64,000 nucleotides of DNA from Octopus vulgaris (lineage: Eukaryota). The DNA is taken from NCBI GenBank assembly GCA_951406725.2, contig OX597818.1:57536001-57600000 (forward strand), read 5' to 3'. Position numbers and translations under genes: made by a program. The notes beneath the pieces were generated by a model. The model was not told where the DNA came from. It saw nothing but the letters and a program-made list of their open reading frames with translations, and did not search any database. Shown here piece after piece: positions 13,411 through 25,910 of this stretch. Numbering within the stretch: the stretch's first letter is position 1; the number at the start of each line of letters is the position of its first letter.

Positions 13411-14450
13411 ATTAGTGAATTGAAGAAATGGAGTTGAACGAAGATTGAACAGAAATCCTTTTATTGCATTCTACACGTGTTTCGAAAGCCACAATTTACC
13501 AAATTCCGATTGAATAAGGAGACCATATTGTATCTTTCTCTTCAGGAAGAAATAGGAATTCCGTTGGCAGAACAAAAACAGAACAGAGGCGCAGCAAAAC
13601 AAATCGAACGAGGAGGCTCCTAAGAGCCCATGGCCAAACTGTTTATCAATGTTGAAATCGGGTGGTGGGCGCGTTGAAGATATTTACAGGTCAGGCAGCG
13701 GTCAATCCGGTGGGTGAGAGCATGGGTTGCGTAGATGTTCTTTGTGATCGAGACTAAGGTTCTGACTATTTTAAGAATATTAGGTGTATTATGTGGGGCG
13801 AGGCAAAATCTACTTAGAAACATGTGTGTGTGAACTGTTCTATATGTGCGCGGCCGTAAGTTGGTAAAAAGCCCTGCACAATGGTCACTGCTGAAAAATC
13901 TGTCAGGCGGCAGAAAATAATTTTATGTGTTCGTGTGTTCGTGTAATCATGCTTTGTCAAAAAAAACCTCACGTCGTCAAAACAAAACACCATTCGCCTA
14001 ATGGGGGTAATTCCCCTTGCAATGGTTAATCAAATCTATCTTAAAAAGCTTTTTCAAAAAATTATTTCCAAGGGCTATTTTCATATAAGTAGAGTAACCG
14101 GGTGCAGGTATCATTTGTAAGCGTCATTTATAAGCAAGATAAGTAAAACGCCGCCAATGGGGGCATCGAAAGCCGACTGCAAAAGTCCGTTTACCATTCG
14201 GTCTCTGGCGAACAATATATGGAAAAGCTCAGAGACACAAAGGTTGCACTTCCTTCTGCCCCTATCAAATGGGAGGGCCACCGACAAAACTGACCATTCC
14301 AGCCTGTAGCTTGAGCTCGTATTCTTCAATCGCCATATTAGCTTGCTAAATCCCGTGGCCTGGTGTTTATTCACGTCGCGAAAAGTTGCGTAATGGTTCG
14401 AGATTCGTAAGGCCAATTTTGACGATGAGGCCCCAACATATGAGTAATGT
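13411..14450 (-). mobile_element. 5'-truncated Penelope-like element: GIY-YIG endonuclease remnant and 3' pLTR
   Basis: YSYVGASS.KLALRISNH..TF...TGFSKLIWRLK....LEW.VL...CNLCVSE (14111-14450); downstream hammerhead and AATAAA; abuts (TA)n. Confidence 0.8.
13469..13548 (-). ncRNA. Minimal type I hammerhead ribozyme
   Basis: ttc-CUGAAGA-gaaag...ctttc-GAAA-C acgt G-UA-gaa; stems I and II pair; palindromic stem III ACACGTGT. Confidence 0.75.
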
Positions 14451-14629
14451 ATAGTTTTATTAATATACCATGAGAAATATCATAGACAGTAAAAACGAGT
14501 GTGGAACCAAATAATCGCTCGATATAGTCTTATAGTCTTCTTTCCCTGGGTTAATAATGAAGAATTTCTCCTAGTTCATTAATATGCTTGAATGGGGAAA
14601 TAAGAGTTCTACTGTTGATGCATTGGAAG

Positions 14630-14864
14630 CCACACACACAACCACACATACACAAACACACACACACACACACCCACACCCATACCAAACATACACAAAT
14701 ACACACAAATACATACACAAACACACAAACATAAACACATACACATATATATATACATATATACATCTTTATATACATATATATATACACGTATATCATA
14801 TGTATATAAATTCATATACACTTCCATCCATATATATATATATATACACGCTACCACACGCACA

Positions 14865-14910
<46 letters not shown>
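14630..14910. repeat. CA/TA microsatellite mosaic
   Basis: Direct reading. Confidence 0.9.
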
Positions 14911-14912
<2 letters not shown>

Positions 14913-14914
14913 CT

Positions 14915-15058
14915 GTTGTGGATGTTGTCATCGTCCTGTATCGTATGCTTAGCGGTTCAGCGAAGTTATAGACTAAGTACTAGGCTTAAAAAATAAGTCC
15001 TGAGGTTTTATTCAGCTAAAAAAACTTCAAGGCAGTGCTCCAGCATGGCCACAGTCAA

Positions 15059-15060
<2 letters not shown>
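14915..15060 (+). mobile_element. SINE family A 3' part (degenerate)
   Basis: ttagcggttcagc...aagtactaggctt...gtgctccagcatggccacagtcaa. Confidence 0.75.
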
Positions 15061-15118
<58 letters not shown>

Positions 15119-15142
15119 GTCGCTAAGATATATACTTCAATT

Positions 15143-15210
15143 AACCTGAAGATTGACTGTAACCATAACTCGAATTATTACGAATTGTACAGGATGAAAC
15201 GATCGTAGTG
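15143..15210 (+). ncRNA. Minimal hammerhead ribozyme (imperfect stem II)
   Basis: ac-CUGAAGA-..ctgta...tacag..-GAAA-C gatc G-UA-gt; module 15115-15345 flanked by (TA)n. Confidence 0.6.
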
Positions 15211-15815
15211 TTTTACTCTTTATCTTTTATTAAACCTTTAATACTTTTGATATATATTTAAAATAATATAAATTAATTAATTTTATGTATTGGCTTATGT
15301 TTTTCATTGTTTGATTTGCCTAATAGTGGTTTTATCTCTAATTTAATATAATATATATATATATATACCAATATTACGACTTTACTGTGTAACTAGTCTG
15401 CATAATGCTAATAAATTCCCAGAATATATATTTTATATAGTCTAAAATGTGAGCCAAAATATATCTCATTTTCCGGTCAGGAATTTATATTATATGCGTA
15501 TATATTTGAGATTGTACACTCGCACACATGCGTGTGTATTGAGATTTGGTTTATTTCTCTGGTACTCTGACCTTTATCTTCAAACCCTGCTCTAAATATT
15601 TTTTGTTATATATCAACTGGGACATGGCCTGTTGTTACTGTAAAACTAGCTTAATCAGCATACTGTGTTTTTCTTTTTAATTAAGCCATACATATTTATG
15701 TATTTATGCACAAGACAACATTATCAGATTATTGGAATTAAATATAAACAACTAAGAAAGTATTCATTGTAGAATATATTTTATATGAGTTTAATTCCAT
15801 CAATACAAATAACTC

Positions 15816-16197
15816 GTGGCACTCCGTCGGTTACGACGATGCGCGTTCCAGTTGAACCGATCAACAGAACCGAATGCACGTGAAATTAAGGTGCAAGTGA
15901 CTGTGGACACCACAGGTACGTGTACACTTAACATAGCTTTCGGGGGGAATTCAGCGTGACACAGAGTGTGACAAGACTGGCCCCTTTGAAATACAGGTAC
16001 AACAGAAACAGGAAGAAAGAGTGAGAGAAAGTTGTGGTGAAAGAGTACAGCAGGGTTCGCCAACACCGCTACCGGAGCGTCGTGGAGTTTTAAGTGTTTT
16101 CACTCAATAAGCACTCACAACGCCTAGTCTCGGAATGGAACTCACGATCCCACGGCGGAAGTTCGCAGCCCTAACCACTGGGACATTGTATCTCCAC
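15816..16197 (-). mobile_element. SINE family C (non-CORE body, tail X)
   Basis: Homologous to 29968-30348; flanking direct repeat AATACAAATAA. Confidence 0.9.
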
Positions 16198-16397
16198 TAA
16201 TACAAATAAAGTATAAAGAAATTCCTGTTTACTTTTGACTTATGGAGAAATGGGGAGGAGTATCGTATATGTATACATACATTGTTTTCTAATCTGATAC
16301 TTATAGTTCTCTGCACAATTTTGATGTAATACAAAATTTGATGATGTGTATTAAATGCCTTGGGATAATCTTTGGTTGAAACATACCTTAAGTTACA

Positions 16398-16793
16398 TCT
16401 TTATATATAAAAGAGAGGTTGTGTGTCTGTCTCCTACAATTTAGATTCCTAACTACTCCCACATTTTGCTGTGCAGTTTAACCAAAACCGGGTATCTTAT
16501 AGTCGTGATTCATATCGAGCCCTTCTGGGTATTAGCGTGCGTCTACGATGAGTCTACGATTAAAAAAAAATTACCATCATTTTTTTCCATTTTAATGCAT
16601 TTTTTTCGCTATTATATAAGGGAAGTAACTCTCTAAAAATGTCTACGATGAGTCAACGATTTTTAAAAAAAATTGCCATTATTAATTTTCTATTTTTAAT
16701 GCATTTTTTGCTATCTTTTGGCTATTACTCTCTAAAAATGCTTATATAGTTATTTCCCTTACAAACCCGAGCAACGCCGGGCGATACTGCTAG
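16398..16793 (+). mobile_element. Non-autonomous Helitron
   Basis: A|TC 5' end, subterminal hairpin CCCGAGCAACGCCGGG, CTAG|T 3' end, no TSD; three related copies in window. Confidence 0.9.
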
Positions 16794-16824
16794 TATGTTA
16801 TAAGGCAAACCTGGGGACATTATA

Positions 16825-17082
16825 CAAGGTGTTCAAAAAGTCTCTCTGCAGTATTTTATTGCAAAATAAATATTTATAAGATGTTATAAGACTACAAAAG
16901 AATATATTAGACTTTACAAGACTTTAAAAAACTTTATAAGAGTTGTTTGAAAGTGCCGTCCTTCGTTTCCAATACAGAAGCTGACTCTTCTACACAGGTT
17001 TTGAAATACATCTTGGAGGGTCTGTCTTTTGGAGAGTCAGGATGAAAACAATTCACTGCTGAAGGACTTTTTCAACACCCTA
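16825..17082. mobile_element. Tc1/mariner-type MITE
   Basis: TA flanks; imperfect TIRs CAAGGTGTTCAAAAAGTC / GACTTTTTCAACACCCTA. Confidence 0.7.
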
Positions 17083-17264
17083 TATATCAATTTCATATAT
17101 GATTATATCTCACTCTCCCCCAGATTTGGGGACAGTGAGATGTAGTAATTTCTTCGTATCATAATTATGGAGCAGACATTTATTTCGTTTGACTCAGTAT
17201 AAATATAACAAATCAATATCGGATTGGTATCTGAACTTAGGAAATAGAGCGTCGTTATTTTATA

Positions 17265-17690
17265 CAAGAAAGCACCTAGGCCATTGCTCTAAATTTTGGT
17301 GCAAGACCGGCAAATTTCAGGGTCGTGGGAATTATTTTACGTCGACCCTGTGCTCAGTTGGTACATAATTTATGAATCCCGAAAGAAATGAAATATAAAA
17401 TCGACCTCAGTAGAATTTGAACTCAGAACGTAAGGACGGATGAAATGCCGCTGAGCATTTTGTCCGGCATGCTAACTATTCTGCTATCTCACTGCGTTTC
17501 AATTGTAAAGTACATTAGTTACAAATTTTGGCACAAGGCCAGCAATTCCGAGTGAGTAGTAAGGATTACATCAACCGCAATGCTCAACTAGCATTCATTT
17601 TATCGAACCCGGAAATATGGAAAGCAAGGTCGACCATGGTGGAATTTGAACTCAGATCGTAATGATCAGCGAAATGTCGCTAAGAGTTTT
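17265..17690 (-). mobile_element. Two old SINE family B copies (tail 2)
   Basis: gaatttgaactcaga B-box region occurs twice; ggcacaaggcc tail-2 motif. Confidence 0.75.
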
Positions 17691-18651
17691 GAGTGCTATC
17701 GTATCCTGAAATTATATATAACGTCTTAATTTGATATGCATATTTAAAATTTATGTGATAACCAGCAAAATCCATACCACCTCCTTGTACGGACATTAAA
17801 CTCATGTCAACACTAGTTATTTCTTACGAAGTTCTAGAACATGAAGCCATTGTTTTATGAATATTTGGTAAATATAGGCAGATGATGGACAACACAGATC
17901 CGGTTACTTCAACGAGAAGTAATTTTGATTGCAAACAAACTGCAGAATATCCTCGTATTCACCTACACCGGAAGTAGATTTTGAAACCTATCTCAATTAC
18001 TTCTCAAATAACCGCTTTTGTATTCGTGTACAACAGGAAATGATGCTTTAAATGTCTTATAAATTTCATTCGCTTCCATCATGAACAGAGTAAATTTTGC
18101 AAATAAATAAACCGAGAACATTTTCTCTTTATTCTTCATTCTAGAAATATGTTCTCTTCTTTCTTTACTCAGGCGAAAACCATGGGTGCAAATCGTTCGT
18201 TCCCTACACGTAAGAATTAAGATGAGTGAATTCATTCATAAACCTGCTCATGAATGAATCTTTGCGAACACAGACAAACATAAGGTTTCTAGATTTCCGC
18301 AAAACTAACTTACAATAGAGGCTACCAAATTTGAGAGACCAAACAAAGAAAGCATTATGATAATTCTTCATCTGAATCTCTAATATTTGTGTAGGTCTTA
18401 CTTTACGCATCTCACTTCACAAGAATGAATTGTTTTCCGATAATTCAATTCAGAATTTTCATAAAGAAAGCTAGTAATCTTTATTTATTACACATACAAT
18501 TTTTTTTATAAAAGAATCTGAATTTTTTTAGCACCGACAAAATAAAAGAATATATCAAATCTAAGCGTCCTAGTTTAATTTTAATATAAATTTGAACGAT
18601 TCAATAATATTATTATACGCAAGGTATTAAAAATGTAAAAAAATCGTGTTG

Positions 18652-19007
18652 TGGCACTCCGTCGATTACGACGATGAGGGTTGATCCAATCAACGGAACA
18701 GCCTGCTCGTGAAATTAACGTCACAAGTGGCTGAGCACTCCACAGACACTTATACCCATAACGTAATTTTCGGGGAGATTCGGTGTGACACAGTGTGACA
18801 AGGCTGGCCCTTTGAAATACAGGTACAGCAGAAACAGGAAGAGTGAGAGAAAGTTGTGGTGAAAGAGTAGAGCAGAGTTCACCATTACCCCCTGCGGGAC
18901 CTTTTATGTGTTTTCGCTCAATAAACAATTACAACGCCCGGTCTGGGAATCGAAACTGCGATCCCACGACCGCGAGTCCGCTGCCCTAACCACGGGCTAT
19001 TGCGTCT
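18652..19007 (-). mobile_element. SINE family C (non-CORE body, tail X)
   Basis: Homologous to 15816 and 29968 copies. Confidence 0.9.
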
Positions 19008-19284
19008 AAAATAAGAAAAAATAAAAGAATATAATAAAAGTTAGTCCATTATATGCTTGATAAATTTAAATATCTTGATATCACCTACACGAAGAAACAC
19101 ACGGGCATAAACACAAACGCACGTGTACAAAAGTACATATTCATATCAGCTGAATGCTACAAACGTGACTGGGAGGGGTCTTTCGGGTGATTGACAATCC
19201 GCCACAAATGGACACAAGGGAGTCGCTGGTCCATCGGTGTGCTGTCTCGTATCTATACCTGTGTGTGTGTGATTATGTATCCCT

Positions 19285-19690
19285 TTATCTTTTACTTTGT
19301 ACTTGTTTCGGTCAGTTGACACGGACATGCTGGAGCATCGCTTGGAGGGTTTTAGTCGAACGAAGCGATCTGAAGATCTCTTATTTTCTTAAGCCTCGTA
19401 CTTATTCTATCGATCTCTTTTGCCTAACCGCTACGGAGATGTAAACGCACTACCGCCGTTTGTCAAGCAGCAGTGGCAGACAAATACAGATACTACATAC
19501 ACAGGTATAGGTATATATATATATATATACAACAATATTATATGCTGGACAACCGCCTTTAATTGAACACATCGACCACTTGACTCATATTTATATTTAT
19601 TTATTTATTTATATATTCTTTTATTCTGCTGTATGTTTCAGCGTATACGACGGGGTTCTTCCAGTTTTCGTCAATCAAAGTGTCCATCAT
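19285..19690 (-). mobile_element. Degenerate SINE family A
   Basis: acttgtttcggtcagttgac...catgctggagc...tacttattctatcgatctcttttgcc. Confidence 0.7.
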
Positions 19691-19834
19691 CATCACCATC
19701 ATCATCATTCAATAACAGTTTGATGCAGCTGCGGGCAATTTAAGATCTCATAGACTCGTAACACGATTTGAGTTACCTACGTAACCCACGAAATGTGTTT
19801 AGTGCCTCTATTTTTCGTTTGATCATTCACTCAA

Positions 19835-19912
<78 letters not shown>

Positions 19913-19915
<3 letters not shown>

Positions 19916-20193
19916 GCAAAATTTGAAATCTTATCTAGGTTAATGCGGCTGATGAAGACTAATCAAATTTACGTTGTCAAACGTATTTGGAGAGTCAGAA
20001 ACCGGTCCTGCATTATCCGATTCTAGATTGTCCATTTATCAGATGTCCTTCCTAGAGGTAAGACAAATTTTTTTTCATGTTTGTTGCACACACGCGTCTT
20101 TGCTAGTATATACGCAGTGAAGCTATACAATAACGTCGTATTTATTACGATTGCTATTTTCCAGTAAATATTGGTGCCTTGTTGTACCATTTA

Positions 20194-20195
<2 letters not shown>
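19913..20195 (+). mobile_element. Short hammerhead-bearing module (PLE pLTR-like) between (TA)n tracts
   Basis: (TA)n at 19838-19912 and 20196-20240; contains hammerhead 19941-20015. Confidence 0.6.
19941..20015 (+). ncRNA. Type I hammerhead ribozyme
   Basis: taatgcgg-CUGAUGA-agact...agtca-GAAA-C cg G-UC-ctgcatta; 8-bp stem I, GUC triplet, palindrome ACCGGT. Confidence 0.8.
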
Positions 20196-20242
<47 letters not shown>

Positions 20243-20885
20243 TTGTGTGTGTGCATACATGTAGATGAAAAACCTATTGCAAGGGACACTAATCGCTGAC
20301 ACATTATCGCGAACTAAAGTAAGTCCCTGGAAAGATTTAAAATGTATATCGGTTTTGCTCGTGTAGAAGGAAATACTGAATCGTTGCTAATAATCGAAAC
20401 CGAATTGCAGTTACCATGTGACTTTATGACAAAGGAAGTTAAAACCTGTTAGGTATTGATTGAAACATGTTCAATATAAATTTTAAGGAAATGTTTGAGT
20501 CTCTTAGATAGCTAGGCTTGCTGACATTATAAATTATTCATACCACTTAAATTTTATAGGTTTCGGTTAAACGTATAGATAAAGTTAATGTGTGAGATAA
20601 AGTGGGGTTTAATAATGTAAAGGGTCTTAATGGAGAGAAAATTTAAAACGGAAAAATAAAAAAAAACTTAAGGATTTAGTAAATAATTCATGATATTAAA
20701 AGTTAAGATGAGATCTCAAGTATATACCAAAAGAAAACATCGAGCAACGTATCTTTCCTCGCACATACACTTACACCACACACACAAACGCGCACACGCA
20801 CGATATAAATATGTTTGTGTGAGTGTATATAAATGTAGAAGTATAAGTATGTACATATATGTATATATATTTATATGTGTGTATG

Positions 20886-20939
<54 letters not shown>

Positions 20940-21129
20940 TTGAGTAGTTGAATTAATTATCTTATTAAGGATAATTCGAAAGATAACCGATACCTGAGTA
21001 GCAAATTCACATCAGAAAGAAAGATTTGTTAACAAGTCGTTCAACTCCATTCATTTATATTTTTAATATATATATATATTATATATATATATATATATAT
21101 GCACATATAAACATACATATATACATGTA

Positions 21130-21188
<59 letters not shown>

Positions 21189-21223
21189 AGGTTCTAATTT
21201 CTAATAAACTACCCCTTTATACC

Positions 21224-22236
21224 CTGGCATAATATGCCACAAATTGCGTGATCTTGGCATAGCTGGAGAAACTTGGAGAGTAGTTACATGGCTTTCTGAA
21301 AGATAGCAGTCCGGCAGTAGTGGCCAATGGAGCTACCTCAAAGAAAACACAAATAGTGAGCGGTGTTCCATAGGGCAATGTATTGGGACCACTGCTTTTC
21401 ATAGTGCCCCTCTCAGATATGCCCTGAGCTGCCCGCATAACCACCCTTGCTAGCTACGTAGACGATACGAAAGTCTCCCAGAATATACAGAACCTCAGCG
21501 ATGTTGCACACCTGCAGAAAGTGTTGGGCTCAATTTACAGATGGGCTGAGGATAATAACATGCAGTTAAATGCTGAAAAAGTCCAAGCCCTGCGCTACCA
21601 GCGCATAAAACTGAATATAAATCTTACAGGGTACACTTGTTCACAAGGCATTACAATCCCAGAGCCTAAATCAGTGAGAGGCCTGGGTATCGACATGAGT
21701 GATGATACTTCTTTCTAAGTGCACGTTACCAGGATGATTACAAAGTGCAGACGACTGGCTGGATGGATCCTGAGAACTTTTACAACCAGAGAAACGGAAA
21801 CCATGATTGTCCTCTGGAGGACATTCGTCCTCAGCACCTGGATTACTGCTCACAGCTATGGTCACAAAACAGTGTAGAATTAAAAGCGGACCTTGAATCA
21901 ATCCAGCGAAACTTTACAAAGAAGTTCGTCTCATTGTAACAGCTCAGGACCAGTTAGTGCAACAGCCTGGGTTTGAGAGGACCACATCTTTTTAATATTG
22001 TTCCAAAGACATTGAGGGAACTACACAAAGTGGATGTAGGTGTTTTTCAAAGCAAAACTGGACCGCTTCCTGTCGAGAGTACCAGATGAACGTGCCTCGA
22101 GGCTATAGCTACAGGTGAGGGTAGCGATATTAAACTCCCTTATTCATCTAATGCCACATATTAAACGAGACTCTCAATAATAACAGTGAGACAAAAAGGA
22201 GGCACCCTAGCATGGCCCCTATCAGTTCTGAAACTA
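21224..22236 (+). pseudogene. 5'-truncated CR1-group LINE, RT domain and 3' end
   Basis: SGVP*GNVLGPLLF, ASYVDDTKV, WAEDNNMQLNAEK, LGIDMS, WILRTF, LDYCSQLWS, LESIQRNFTK; stops and frameshifts. Confidence 0.9.
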
Positions 22237-22255
22237 TATATATATATATATATAT

Positions 22256-22413
22256 GAGTGGCTGTGTAGTAAGTAGCTTGCTAACCAACCACATGGTTCC
22301 GGGTTCAGTCCCACTGCGTGGCATCTTGGGCAAGTGTCTACTGCTATAGCCCCGGGCCGACCAATGCCTTGTGAGTGGATTTGGTAGACGGAAACTGAAA
22401 GAAGCCTGTCGTA

Positions 22414-22471
<58 letters not shown>

Positions 22472-22691
22472 TGTGTTTGTTTGTGTGTCTGTGTTTGTCC
22501 CCCTAGCATTGCTTGACAACCGATGCTGGTGTGTTTACGTCCCCGTCACTTAGCGGTTCGTCAAAAAGAGACCGATAGAATAAGTACTGGGCTTACAAAG
22601 AATAAGTCTCGGGGTCGATTTGCTCGGCTAAAGGCGGTGCTCCTGCATGGCCGCAGTCAAATGACTGAAACAAGTAAAAGAGTAAAAGAGT
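22256..22691 (+). mobile_element. SINE family A
   Basis: gagtggctgtgtagtaagtagc...gggttcagtccc B box; internal (TA)n; AAAAGAGT tail. Confidence 0.93.
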
Positions 22692-22764
22692 ATATATATG
22701 ATATTTTCCGTAATGGGATAAAAAAAAGGCTATATAGATTTTTCGAACATTTATAAATAGAACG

Positions 22765-22809
22765 TCTTACAGTTGTTTTATGATATTTATTATATCCCTT
22801 CATCGGAGA
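22765..22809 (-). ncRNA. Degenerate hammerhead-like motif
   Basis: tct-CCGAUGA-agggata..tatcat-AAAA-C aact G-UA-aga; core substitutions. Confidence 0.4.
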
Positions 22810-23162
22810 CGGTGTGAGAAGATGGTTAAGCAAAATTTATTTTAGATAAGATACGAAGTAGAGAGTGAGGTGGAGGAATGAAAATAGATGTGAGATAAGC
22901 AGGGATATTGTATTTGGGTGTCACTGACACTATTACCTCTCATAACATATATATACGCATACATAATTAAGGATAAAATCAATAAAGGAAAATATCATTA
23001 ATTGATTTTATACTTTTAATTATGTATGCATATGTATTCATATATTCTCTCCGATTCTGATATTTACTGCGGTATTATCTTGATCAAATACGCACGTGTT
23101 TGAGATTAATACTACGTGTGAATATATGTATATTTTAGTATATATACGAATGTATTTGTGTG

Positions 23163-23206
<44 letters not shown>

Positions 23207-23226
23207 CATTTATGTACTTTTGTTAT

Positions 23227-23286
23227 ATTCTGCTGATGATGGTAAAGCAATTGTACTACTAAACCAGAAGTCGGACGATCTAGAAT
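23227..23286 (+). ncRNA. Hammerhead ribozyme with A15.1G substitution
   Basis: attctg-CUGAUGA-tggt...acca-GAAG-tcg ga cga-UC-tagaat; stems I, II and III all pair; follows (TA)n. Confidence 0.65.
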
Positions 23287-24097
23287 TAGCCTCAAAACAA
23301 TAGTGTTACTAAATCGCTTATACTTATTCCATTGATGTCACCCTTGTGCTAATGGAGTGTATTTTGTAGTGGTTTTTAGAGTCGTTTGACGCCTATTTCT
23401 AGTATGTATGTGCTGCTTCTCACTACCTTTAATATAATTACATATACATATAATTATCTATCTATCTATATAAATTTATTTAAACATCAATTTGAAAATT
23501 TCCATCAAAAAGGAGAATTACAAATGTCACTAGATAGAACTAGGGTTATAGGAAACACCTAAGTTGCTAGAAATAAGAGCTGAACTTCTCTAATGCTGTA
23601 GTTAACGCACAAGAAGAAATACATATCAAAAAGTGCTGATCGAGAATTCATAGTATTAGTTTTACCAATTTCCATTACCTCATCAGTTAAGACTGCTCGA
23701 CGTCGGCTCTTTCCGGACTAGCTTCGCCATGAGTGTATATATATATATATATCGAAAAGGCAATTGTTTCCACGACTGCTAGATAAGTCATATTTGTCTC
23801 ATTTTGTCTAAAGTCGTAAGACATCTGCTGTTATCCTGTCATTAACCATTCTTGTGTTTATTTTTGTTTTCGTTTTTTGTATTTATATTCGTCTCTGTTA
23901 AGTTTACATACGTTCCTTTTTCCAAGAAATCTAATGCTCACAGCTTAGTTTTTCCTTGGGGCCGGCCGCGTTGGAGCAAATATCAGAATTAATCAGCCTA
24001 AATTTGCTATGATGATCCGGTTTCTGACTGAAGATTAAAGGCTTCGAATGACCTGTCTGTTTTCTGTGTTCGTTTCGTTATATATAAATTTTTATTC

Positions 24098-24168
24098 CTA
24101 TATATATATATATATATATATGCACACATACATACATGCATACATACATACATACATACATACATACA

Positions 24169-24199
<31 letters not shown>

Positions 24200-24210
24200 G
24201 TATGTATATA
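24098..24210. repeat. (TA)n/(CATA)n microsatellite
   Basis: Direct reading. Confidence 0.95.
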
Positions 24211-24405
24211 TGAATATATTTTTGTACACATCGTTATTACCCAGAGCTCCTCTCTGGGTAATAAGGAAACAGGAGGATCAGTAAAATATGATCTTGTACA
24301 ACATATTCCCCTCTCATATGTACACACTATTTGCAACGTCATTCAGGTTTTCTAAATCTTGTAAAAGAACTCGGACGTTTTGGCCCCCAACCAGGCATGT
24401 GTGTA

Positions 24406-24438
<33 letters not shown>

Positions 24439-25500
24439 GTATATGTGTGAGTGCAGTTAATTCAAAAGACAAAGAAAAAAAAAGGAAAAAAAGTATAAAC
24501 AGACAAACAAACGAGAGGACGTGGGACTAGCAAAGCATTAATCTGACGCACGGAGAAGGGAAAGAGTAGTTGTTTTTTGCGCTTCGAGTATAGCTCTTCT
24601 TCGGGTACAGCAAACGCAGGAATGTCCAAAAGGAAGAAGGAAGCGGCAGGAAAAAAAACGTGAATAGTCTACGTGTGCTTGCATACACTTACATATATAT
24701 GCGATCATGTAGGTACCAAATTAATTGGAGAAAATTGACCTCCGACACCTAAATAGAATAAAATATTTACTCTATTGAATCGAAGGAAGTTTCACAAACT
24801 GTGACTGAGACTCATGTTTACGCATTCAATCATCAGGTAAGAGTTTTAAGACCGGCTCATGCTTTCAACATAGATTGATTTGATGTTGTGATAAATATTT
24901 GGTGATTGAAAAATATTTTTTTGAATAACTGCAAAGGTTCGTTCCTTCAATGAAAAATCAAAGTTTGAACGGCGACTCTATACACATTTATCGAGTATAT
25001 CATACTTATCCTTGTAATTTGCATGTGAAGTGGGTTCTGTATATTTGAAATAGAATTAAACAATACTGGACACTTCCTTACTTATCCGTTTAGTGTCTTA
25101 TATTTCTCACCGTGGAAGTAACACACATTTTAAGATTATTCAAATATTTTAAATTGAAGTTATAATTCTCCAATATATCTTCGAAACGTGTCGTCATTTT
25201 TTCACAGGAGATTCTTGCAAATAATTTTTCGTAATCACTTCTTCATGCCTTCCTCGTATCATTTCCAATCATTTTGTAAAAATCATGCTAATTTTCAATT
25301 AATCTTCCATCTTTGCGATTTTTTTTCTAAAAGTTATTAATTACTTTTAATCATCCTTGAGTATAATTGAATCTTTGCAATTGTTGAATTTTTCGTGAAT
25401 ATGTAACATCCATCTTAACAAACTTAATTAATGAAATGCTGATTTTCGTTTCAGATCTGTGATTTCTCGAGATTGTAAGGTACAGTTTAAGTAAATAATA

Positions 25501-25910
25501 GGCGAAGGAGTGGCTGTGTAGTAAGTAGCTTGCTTACCAACCACATGGTTCTGAGTTCAGTCCCACTGCGTGGCACCTTGAGCGAGTGCCTTCTGCTATA
25601 GCCTCAGGCCGACCAAAGCCTTGTGAGTGAATTTGGTAGACGGAAACATATACATATATGTATATGTATGCGCGCGCGCGCGCGCGCGTGTGTGTGTGTT
25701 TGTGTGTCTGTGTTTGTCCCCCCGACATCGCTTCACAACCGATGCTGGTGTGTTTACGTTCCCGTCAATTCGCGGTTCGGCAAGAGGGATCGATAGAATA
25801 AGTACTAGGCTTACAAAAGACTAAGTCCTGGGGTCGATTTGCTCGACTAAAGGTGGTGCCCCAGCATGGCCTCAGTCAAACGACTGAAACAAGTAAAAGA
25901 GTAAAAGAGA
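25501..25910 (+). mobile_element. SINE family A
   Basis: Full-length match; internal repeat includes (CG)n. Confidence 0.92.

Noticed and set aside
17900-18420. Possible hAT transposase remnant
   Set aside because: Motifs too degraded to support by eye
22148-22756. Recurrent peptide family VYQIHSQG...TCPRCHAVGLNPEPCGW
   Set aside because: Antisense translation of SINE family A, not a gene family
24740-25400. Possible Helitron PIF1 helicase remnant
   Set aside because: Only a faint KLQG-like match; not supportable
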